Shown in pieces: positions 54,139 through 64,000 of a stretch of DNA of 64,000 nt. The DNA is taken from contig JAJDXE010000004.1 in the NCBI GenBank assembly GCA_022825265.1, positions 270,341 through 334,340 of the forward strand, given 5' to 3'. Both the position numbers and the translations under genes were made by a program. How positions within the stretch are numbered: the stretch's first letter is position 1; the number at the start of each line of letters is the position of its first letter. This stretch comes from Dehalococcoidia bacterium (lineage in GTDB: Bacteria > Chloroflexota > Dehalococcoidia > Bin125). The notes under the pieces are model-generated. The model did not search any database. It was given only the letters and a program-made list of their open reading frames with translations, and was not told the origin of the DNA.

Positions 54139-54960
54139 ATGACGACCGCCACCGTTGGAGTTTCACCCGATGCACCGCCCGAGCCGGACAGCTACGACTG
54201 GCCGGGGATCGTCGCCGGATTGCAGCGCTACCTGCGTCTGACGGCGACGCCGGTCGGAATGAAGATGTTCGAGACGATCGAGGAGATGCAGGAGGTCGAG
54301 CGGATCCGTCGGCCGCAGTTCAAGCATGCACTTGATCAGTTGGTGGCGCAGGCTCGCTGGTTGAACTTCACTCTGGGCGTGACGATGGACGACCTGATCG
54401 GGGCGCAGTGCGGGGCACCGGTAGGTCTGTATCCCAATGAGGACGACGGTGAGTGGCGTCTGCGGACGACGATGACCAATGTCTGGTTCGAGACCGACGA
54501 GGACTCGATCCTGCACCAGCAGGCGATGGATGTGATGCCGTATGGGCGCTATGCCGCGTTGGCGCTCTCGCCGATCGCGACCGGTCGGTTGGATCCGCCC
54601 GACGTGGTGCTGCTGTATGGGACTCCGGGGCAGATGATCATCCTGATCAACGGGCTGCAGTTTTCGGGCTTCAAGAAGTTTGAGTTCGCCTCGGTGGGTG
54701 AGTCGGCTTGCGCCGATAGCTGGGGCCGGGCGCTGCGGACGGGCGAGCCATCGCTGAGCATTCCCTGCTACGCCGAGCGGCGCTTTGGCGGCGTCCAGGA
54801 CGACGAGCTGCTGATGGCAATTCCTCCGAGGTATCTGCCGAAGCTGCTGGACGGCCTGGACAAGCTGTCGCGGAATGGTCTGAGATACCCGATTCCACCA
54901 CTGGGAATCCAGGCGGATCCGTCGGAGTCGCTGGCGAGGTCGTACCAGGACCGGTTCTAG
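54139..54960 (+). CDS. DUF169-family protein.
   Basis: 273 aa, soluble. The pattern resembles DUF169 proteins. Low certainty on family. Confidence 0.45.
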   Translation: MTTATVGVSPDAPPEPDSYDWPGIVAGLQRYLRLTATPVGMKMFETIEEMQEVERIRRPQFKHALDQLVAQARWLNFTLGVTMDDLIGAQCGAPVGLYPNEDDGEWRLRTTMTNVWFETDEDSILHQQAMDVMPYGRYAALALSPIATGRLDPPDVVLLYGTPGQMIILINGLQFSGFKKFEFASVGESACADSWGRALRTGEPSLSIPCYAERRFGGVQDDELLMAIPPRYLPKLLDGLDKLSRNGLRYPIPPLGIQADPSESLARSYQDRF

Positions 54961-55012
54961 GTGGGCTGGTGGAGTCTCTGTGATCGTCCAGCTGCGGTCC
55001 AGCGAGTCTGTA

Positions 55013-55042
55013 AAGCGCTTGTTGACAGGCGGATCGGGGCGC
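55013..55042 (+). promoter_or_regulatory. Sigma-70/sigma-A-type promoter for the 23S rRNA transcript.
   Basis: TTGACA, then 18 nt, then TAACAT (cttgTTGACAggcggatcggggcgcgggTAACATtgc), about 380 nt upstream of the mature 23S 5' end. Confidence 0.5.
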
Positions 55043-55425
55043 GGGTAACATTGCTCCTTGCACCCCTAGTTCAGCAGCCCTCGTTCTGACGCGAGGCGAC
55101 CGACCTCGGGATGCGCCTTTACAAGGGACATAGTGATTGAGATGCGTCCACAGCATCCCCCCGGAAGTCGGCGACGGCGCCGGTTTCCAACGACATCAGG
55201 GGGGCTGCGGGAAACTCTCGCGACGGCTGGTTGCTTGCTGCAGCTGGACGGGCGCGGGAGGTACGTGTGTGGTTCTAGATGACATGCAAGATGACTGCGC
55301 TGGTCCCCGGATTTGCCTCGGGGACGTAACCAGCGCGGCGCGCGGCACGATCGGGAGCCTCGAGGAGCGCAACTACCTCGGGGACTGGCTCTCGATCAGA
55401 AGTGCATGCGCGTGGCGTAGCGCAG

Positions 55426-58420
<2,995 letters not shown>

Positions 58421-58548
58421 ACGCCACGCGCAGCAACTGCAGCACGTACCTAATGCGCAGCACGCGTTGCAACGTGCTGTGAGGCGGAATGCAGCATCAG
58501 GCATGCGTCAACTACACACGAACGCATCTCTTCACTATGACCCCGCGT

Positions 58549-58623
58549 TGCGGGATAGAGCAGCGGTAGCTCGTCAGGCTCATAACCTGGAGGTCGTGGG
58601 TTCGAATCCCACTCCCGCTACCA
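58549..58623 (+). tRNA. tRNA-Met (anticodon CAT), fMet-like sequence.
   Basis: TGCGGGATAGAGCAGCGGTAGCTCGTCAGGCTCATAACCTGGAGGTCGTGGGTTCGAATCCCACTCCCGCTACCA folds as a cloverleaf with a CTCATAA anticodon loop and an encoded CCA. It is highly similar to bacterial initiator tRNA, but the 1:72 pair appears to be U-U. Confidence 0.8.
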
Positions 58624-58689
58624 CTCCCAAACCAACCGGCCGATGCTCAGGCATCGGCCGGTTGTTGTATCTGCCTGTTTGATGGAAGG

Positions 58690-59334
58690 TTAGCTTCGGC
58701 CGTCGAGTGGTTCTCCGAGCTGCTCGTCCAGGGCGGAGAAGACGAAGCGGTCGCCTACCTGCACCTGCTCGGACATCACCGGGTTGAGCAGGACTTCGTC
58801 GCCTCGGACGACGGCGATCAGCCGGCGGTTGCCGGCTCGCTCCAGCGCCCATTCCACGGTCTGATTGACCCAGGTCGCGGGGATCGGGAAGACGCCGATC
58901 CCGTAGCTCGCGGTTAGCGGCAGGAAGTCGCTGGCCGATGCGACCTGGATGATGTGAGCGAAGCGTTCGGCTCCGTCGCGCTCGGGACGGATGACCCGTT
59001 TCGCGCCCAGCAGTCGCAGGATCCGCGCGTGACGGTCGGTCGATGCCTTGGCGTAGACCATCTGAACATTGAGTTGTTGCAGGTTCATCATTGCCAGGAC
59101 TGAGGCCTCGAGGTCAGCGGTGGCGACGACCGCAACGTCGACTTCGGCCAGCGAGAGGGCACGAAGCGCGTCGATGTCGGTGATGTCGGCGATGCGGGCG
59201 TCGGTCACTTTTGGCGCGAGTTCGTGGACGTTGCCTTCGTCGAGGTCGATCGCCAGGACCTCGTGTCCCAGGTCGTCCAGCGCCTCGGCCAGGTGCGAAC
59301 CGAAGCGTCCCAATCCTAAGACGGCCACTTGCAT
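58690..59334 (-). CDS. trkA: Potassium transporter peripheral NAD-binding subunit TrkA (KTN domain).
   Basis: Begins MQVAVLGLGRFGSHLAEALDDLGHEVLAIDLDEGNV... (a Rossmann GxGxxG). The track fuses it into a 693-aa ORF; the true start is the Met at about 59334. Confidence 0.8.
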   Translation of the reverse strand: MQVAVLGLGRFGSHLAEALDDLGHEVLAIDLDEGNVHELAPKVTDARIADITDIDALRALSLAEVDVAVVATADLEASVLAMMNLQQLNVQMVYAKASTDRHARILRLLGAKRVIRPERDGAERFAHIIQVASASDFLPLTASYGIGVFPIPATWVNQTVEWALERAGNRRLIAVVRGDEVLLNPVMSEQVQVGDRFVFSALDEQLGEPLDGRS

Positions 59335-59342
59335 GTCGGCTC

Positions 59343-60767
59343 CTAACCGATCCGGACCGCTTCGGTGGGGAAGCGGAAGCGTTCGCGCGGACGGTCCGGG
59401 ATCAGGCTGGTGATCACGAGCGGTCCCAGGCGTCCGACGAACATCATCATGATCAGGATATTGGCCCCTGCCTGGGTTGCGGCCTGCGAGGCGCCCTGCG
59501 ACCAGCCGCAGTTGGCCAGCGCCGACATCACGTCGAAGGCGGCCGGCAATACTTCGATGTTCGGATCGACCGCGATGAAGAAGAGCAGCCCGAAGACGTA
59601 GCCGCCCAGCGCGATGAGGACGAGCGCGTTGGCCCGCAGCACGACGGAAGCTGGAATCTCGCGGCCGAACGCGACCACGCGCGGGGAACCGATCAGCGCT
59701 GACACGACGCCGAATGTGACGACCATGAACGAACCGATCTTGATGCCTGAGGCTGTCGAGGTTGAGGCGCCGCCGATGAACATGAGGATGATCATGACCA
59801 GGGAGGTGTCGTCGCTGGCCTGGTCGAGCGGCGAGGTGGTCATCCCGGTGGTGCGGTTGACCGAGAGGAAGAGGGAGTTGACCAGCTTGGAGCCGACGCT
59901 CTGATCGGCAAACATCCGTGACCAGTCTGCGATGAGGAAGAACGCGGCGCCGACCACGAGCAACAGGCCCATGCCGGTGACGACGAGCTTGGTGTCGAGT
60001 GTCCAGCGTCGGCGCGGCTGTCGCAGGTTGAACACGGTCAGGAAGGAGAGCGAGCCGAGAAACGCGGAGATTCCCATCACGACCATCGGCCAGGCGTCGT
60101 GAGCCTGTCCAATGAAGCTTCGGCTGCCACCCATGAGGTCGAACCCGGCATTGTTGAAGGCGGAGATTGCGTGATACCCAGCCAACCATACGGCGCGTCC
60201 GTCGGAGACGCCTCCGGGTTGCTCGATCATGAACCAGGGCAGGAGCAGGATGAACGTCGTGAACTCGACGAGGGCGGTGTAGATCATTACTCGGCGCAGG
60301 AGCACTGAGGCGCCTGAACCGTCGATTCCGGTCGTCATCAGCTCGAGCCCGAAGAATGCGCGACCGCGAATCCCCAGGCGCTGTCCCGCAAGCACAATCA
60401 GGACGCCTGCGTACATCGTCACGCCCAGCCCGCCGAGCTGGAACAAGGCCAGGGTGATGAACTCGCCGAAGTTCGAGAATGTCTCCTCTGTGTCGAATCG
60501 GGTCAAGCCGGTCACGCTGACCGCGGAGACGGACGTGAACAGCGCGTCGAGGAAGGGGATGGATTGACCGCTGGCCGATGAGATCGGCAGACTGAGCAGG
60601 GCTCCGCCGGCCAACATCACGAGGGCGAAGAGGACAACCACCATCCAGGCGCGCGGTGTGATCCGAATGCGACGCTGACGCGTGGCCCTGACACGTTCCG
60701 GCTGCAGGCGTACCCGTCGCAGCACCACATCGCCAGGCCGCCGACGGTAACCGCGTCGCTGGCTCAT
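59343..60767 (-). CDS. trkH: TrkH/KtrB-family potassium uptake membrane protein.
   Basis: 474 aa, polytopic, with recurring GFD/GGS selectivity-filter-like loops (NNAGFDLMGG). Confidence 0.8.
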   Translation of the reverse strand: MSQRRGYRRRPGDVVLRRVRLQPERVRATRQRRIRITPRAWMVVVLFALVMLAGGALLSLPISSASGQSIPFLDALFTSVSAVSVTGLTRFDTEETFSNFGEFITLALFQLGGLGVTMYAGVLIVLAGQRLGIRGRAFFGLELMTTGIDGSGASVLLRRVMIYTALVEFTTFILLLPWFMIEQPGGVSDGRAVWLAGYHAISAFNNAGFDLMGGSRSFIGQAHDAWPMVVMGISAFLGSLSFLTVFNLRQPRRRWTLDTKLVVTGMGLLLVVGAAFFLIADWSRMFADQSVGSKLVNSLFLSVNRTTGMTTSPLDQASDDTSLVMIILMFIGGASTSTASGIKIGSFMVVTFGVVSALIGSPRVVAFGREIPASVVLRANALVLIALGGYVFGLLFFIAVDPNIEVLPAAFDVMSALANCGWSQGASQAATQAGANILIMMMFVGRLGPLVITSLIPDRPRERFRFPTEAVRIG

Positions 60768-60913
60768 CCACAGCCCTCCATGTCGGAGTGTATGCCCCTA
60801 CGAACCGTTGACGGGAAGCGCGTTCCGGTGTGCGGCAGCCGCGTTAGCATGAGCCTCGTTCCTCTCCTCAATCATTCAGCGAGTCACCGCGGGCCAGCGG
60901 AAGCGTTTCATCG

Positions 60914-62515
60914 ATGACACACCTCCGCGTCGCGGCGAACGATTCGCCTTCTTCCATCGGGTGCCGCTGGATAACTGTGTTGCTCTTGATGGCGGTGTTC
61001 CTTGGCGCTTGCGACTCGTCGCAGCCGCAGCGGAGCGAACAAGACGCCTCCGTCACAGCCACAAATGAGGCGGCGACGTCCGAGCAGTCGCAAGCGCGCA
61101 CCAGCCGGGAGCCCACCGCGTCGGATGCGCCGGATGGTGAGGAGCAGAACAATTCGCAATCGGAGGATGCCCCTGGCGTGGGTGCTTTAGAGCCGGCGAA
61201 CGGAATCTGTGACCGGCACGAACACATCCAGGGCGAGATCCTCTGGACGCTCGGCAAGGAAGATTGCGCCGATGTGTCGGATGCAGACCTGGCGGGTATC
61301 ACCGGGCTGCTCGACCTTTCTGATCACTTCGCGTTCAGATCTCTGGATCTCGGGGACCTTCAGGGCTTGACATCCTTGGAGCGATTGTTCATGGATCTGA
61401 GTCTTGACCGGCTTCCGCTCGGCATCTTCGACGACCTGACCAGCCTGCGAGAACTACGCCTCTATCACACGAGAATCATTGACGACTCCGACCACACCGT
61501 CACCCTGCCGAACGGGATTTTCGACTCTCTGTCGAGTTTGGAGTCATTGCATTTGATGATCGCCCCAACTCAAGCCGGGCTGTTCGATTCTCTACAAAAC
61601 CTGACTCAACTCACGATCTCTACGACGAGTTCAACCAATCCGCCCCAAGGTCTCTTCGATCGATTGCATAACCTCGAGGAACTGCTCGTAGGCTATGGCG
61701 ATCTCAGTAGCCTCGATGCCGGAATCTTCGATGAGTTGCATAATCTCAAAGTGCTAGAGCTCGGCAACAACGAGTTGGTCGAGCTGCCAGCCGGTTTGTT
61801 CGACAACCTCACGCAGCTTCGATTCTTAAACCTGCGCGGGAACCAACTGACAGCATTGCCCCGCGGTGTCTTCGATAACTTGCACCAGCTTGAAAGGCTG
61901 TGGCTCTACGAGAACCCACTCACAGCGTTGCCGCCAGGGGTGTTCGATGACCTGAACAGCCTGACCCACCTGTCGCTTGGTACTGGAATGATGGAGTCGC
62001 TAGAGCCCGATGTCTTCACCGGCTTGGGCGGTTTACGTGAGTTGGCACTGTTCGGCGACAATCTGAGTGAGCTGCCGACCGGCTTGCTCGCGCCTCTCTC
62101 CAATCTGTATTGGTTGGATCTCCGATGGCCGGGGACGTCTGGCCTGCCGCCGGAACTGTTCGTCGGGTTAGAACAGCTGACGATTGTGCATTTATCGTCA
62201 TACGCGGAGTCGTTACCGCCGTTGACAGTGGCGCTGCGGAAGATCGACTCCACTTCCTTTGTGATCGACGTTGCTGAAGCCGCGCCATTTCAACTCGCCG
62301 TCTACCTCAAGGCGGACGGCGGGACTCTGTCCAGTAGCAGAGCGACGGTTCCCGCAGGACAAACGAGCAGTGAGGTCGTGCATATCGAGCCAGGCGAAAG
62401 CGGTACCGTCCAGATCTCCGTTAGCTCCTGGTCGCTTCCTGAGAATTATGTGTATGACGGACTCACGGTGCCGCCGCCGGAGGAGTGGGAGCCGCTGGTC
62501 TTTTCATTTGAGTGA
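60914..62515 (+). CDS. Leucine-rich-repeat (LRR) lipoprotein, low-GC gene.
   Basis: Lipobox LMAVFLGAC|DSS. Then a Ser/Glu-rich linker. Then about 12 LRRs (LxxLxxLxLxxNxLxxLPxGxFDxL). Then a C-terminal beta-rich domain. Confidence 0.75.
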   Translation: MTHLRVAANDSPSSIGCRWITVLLLMAVFLGACDSSQPQRSEQDASVTATNEAATSEQSQARTSREPTASDAPDGEEQNNSQSEDAPGVGALEPANGICDRHEHIQGEILWTLGKEDCADVSDADLAGITGLLDLSDHFAFRSLDLGDLQGLTSLERLFMDLSLDRLPLGIFDDLTSLRELRLYHTRIIDDSDHTVTLPNGIFDSLSSLESLHLMIAPTQAGLFDSLQNLTQLTISTTSSTNPPQGLFDRLHNLEELLVGYGDLSSLDAGIFDELHNLKVLELGNNELVELPAGLFDNLTQLRFLNLRGNQLTALPRGVFDNLHQLERLWLYENPLTALPPGVFDDLNSLTHLSLGTGMMESLEPDVFTGLGGLRELALFGDNLSELPTGLLAPLSNLYWLDLRWPGTSGLPPELFVGLEQLTIVHLSSYAESLPPLTVALRKIDSTSFVIDVAEAAPFQLAVYLKADGGTLSSSRATVPAGQTSSEVVHIEPGESGTVQISVSSWSLPENYVYDGLTVPPPEEWEPLVFSFE

Positions 62516-62549
62516 TGCGGCTCGATCCTGTCTTGCGTAGGCTGAACCC

Positions 62550-62963
62550 ATGCGCGTCCTGGTGATCTGCACTGGCAACCGGGCTCGGTCACAGATGGCT
62601 CACGGCTGGCTGCGACGAATCGGTGGGGACCGCGTTGACATCTACAGCGCGGGGACCGAGCCGAAGGGCGTGCATCCGATCGCGATCCAGGTGATGTCCG
62701 AGGTCGGCATCGACATTTCCTGTCACACATCCGACCATGTCGACCGCTACCGGGAGGATGACTTCGACCTCATTTTGACCGTCTGTGACTCGGCGAGGGA
62801 AGCTTGTCCGGTCTTCCCCGGCGCTCGCCGAGTGATTCACCGCTCGTTCGAAGATCCCGATTATCCAGACCATAGTGAGAGCGAGCTGACGGAGGTCTTC
62901 CGCCGACTTCGCGATGAGATTGGCGACTACTGTCGCGAGCTGCTGTGTGAGGTGCTGGAGTAG
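62550..62963 (+). CDS. arsC: Arsenate reductase, LMW-PTP/thioredoxin-coupled type.
   Basis: Has a CTGNRARS P-loop (CX5R) and downstream Cys pair CDSAREAC. Confidence 0.75.
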   Translation: MRVLVICTGNRARSQMAHGWLRRIGGDRVDIYSAGTEPKGVHPIAIQVMSEVGIDISCHTSDHVDRYREDDFDLILTVCDSAREACPVFPGARRVIHRSFEDPDYPDHSESELTEVFRRLRDEIGDYCRELLCEVLE

Positions 62964-63013
62964 CCTGCTCAAGAGGTTCCATGCGGCGAGCTGGAGGGTG
63001 ACGATGGCGATTG

Positions 63014-64000
63014 CGTCTGACATTGAGCGGGCGATGGAGGACAGTTCCTGGATTCGTCGGATGTTCGAGCTGGGCATCCAGCTCCGACAGGAGCGTGGAC
63101 CCGAGAACGTTTTCGACCTCTCGTTAGGCAACCCGATCGCCGAGCCGCCGCCGCAGTTCTTCGACGAACTACGCAGCTACGCCGGCGCCGACACGCCCGG
63201 CGCGCATCGCTACATGCCTAACTCCGGCTATGTCGAAACTCGGCAGGCCGTGGCCGACGCGCTTTCCGATGAGACCGGACTGAGCTACGGCCCCGACCAC
63301 ATCGTCATGACCGTTGGGGCTGCTGCGGCGCTGAACGTCGTCGTGCACTCGCTTTGCGACCGAGACGATGAGGTCATCATCCTCACGCCGTTCTTCGCCG
63401 AGTACCTGTTCTATGCCAGTAACCACACCGCCAAGCCGGTGGTCGTCGGATGCGACGACGAGTTCATTCCCGACCTTGATGAGCTTGAACGCAAGCTCTC
63501 CGAACGCACCAAGATTGTGATCGTCAACTCACCGAACAATCCATCGGGCGCGATGTATCCGGGCTCGTTCATCGAGGCGCTTGGCGACTTGCTGCGCCAG
63601 AAGTCGACTGAGTTTGGTTCCGAGATCTTCCTGGTCAGCGATGAGCCGTACCGCAAGATCCTGTTCGACGAACACGTCTACCCATTCCCTCAGCTCGCCT
63701 ATGAGCGGACGATTACGGTTACCTCTCATGCGAAGGACCTGGCGCTGCCGGGTGACCGGATCGGCTACATCGCGGTCCATCCCGGCTACGACGACGGCGG
63801 TCAGCTCATGGACGCGATGATCTTCTGCAATCGCGTCCTGGGATTCGTCAATGCGCCGGCGATCATGCAGCACCTGGTGCGCAACCTGCAAACGGTGACC
63901 ATCGACACGGCCGACTACCAGCAGAAGCGGGACTATCTCTACGGCGTGCTGACCGCCGCCGGCTACGAGGTGCGGAAGCCTGAGGGGGCGTTCTACATGT
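63014..64000 (+). CDS. PLP-dependent aminotransferase (class I/II), 3'-truncated at the window edge.
   Basis: Contains LSLGNP, NSPNNPSG, SHAKDLALPGDRIGY (with the K in SHAK as the probable PLP lysine). A GGAGGG lies upstream of the ATG at 63014. Confidence 0.75.

Noticed and set aside
58690-60771. Single 693-aa minus-strand ORF covering both trk genes.
   Set aside because: Only its C-terminal about 215 residues (TrkA, from the Met at about 59334) are real. Upstream it reads through trkH in a wrong frame (Arg/Pro-rich junk). The genuine TrkH is the 474-aa ORF 59343-60767.

Overview
This is a high-GC (about 65-70%) bacterial chromosomal window that is densely coding on both strands. Most of it is metabolic housekeeping and catabolism: luciferase-like (LLM/F420-type) oxidoreductases in at least six copies, alpha/beta-hydrolases and HSL-type esterases, SDR dehydrogenases, four family-III CoA-transferases, an acyl-CoA synthetase, 2-oxoglutarate:ferredoxin oxidoreductase KorAB, RmuC, TrkAH, ArsC, and a truncated PepN at the left edge. 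The accessory content is more interesting. (1) A lower-GC island at about 33.6-39.3 kb carries a single-polypeptide MmeI-like Type IIL restriction-modification enzyme, tail-to-tail with an unknown 402-aa protein, next to a translationally coupled small-protein/retropepsin-like protease pair, all preceded by a 130-bp tandem repeat with a covarying A/U hairpin. (2) A dispersed family of CCCCCTCTGGGGG-centred palindromic elements occurs at four intergenic loci; one copy flanks a DUF559 (Vsr-like) endonuclease gene as terminal inverted repeats, and another is an empty MITE-like copy with both arms. (3) An Mrr-like restriction endonuclease gene sits beside the DUF559 element. (4) A 23S rRNA gene has its own sigma-70-like promoter, no 16S upstream and no recognisable 5S downstream, and is followed by a tRNA-Met(CAT). 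(5) An about 55-residue N-terminal motif (DGxVExGLQxR) is shared by three secreted or membrane-anchored proteins. (6) An HNH endonuclease lies between paralogous CoA-transferase genes. Also present are HigBA and PIN-type toxin-antitoxin modules, a low-GC pentapeptide-repeat membrane protein and a low-GC LRR lipoprotein. Coordinates I derived by hand (repeats, promoter, tRNA, rRNA ends) may be off by 1-2 nt; CDS coordinates follow the supplied ORF track.
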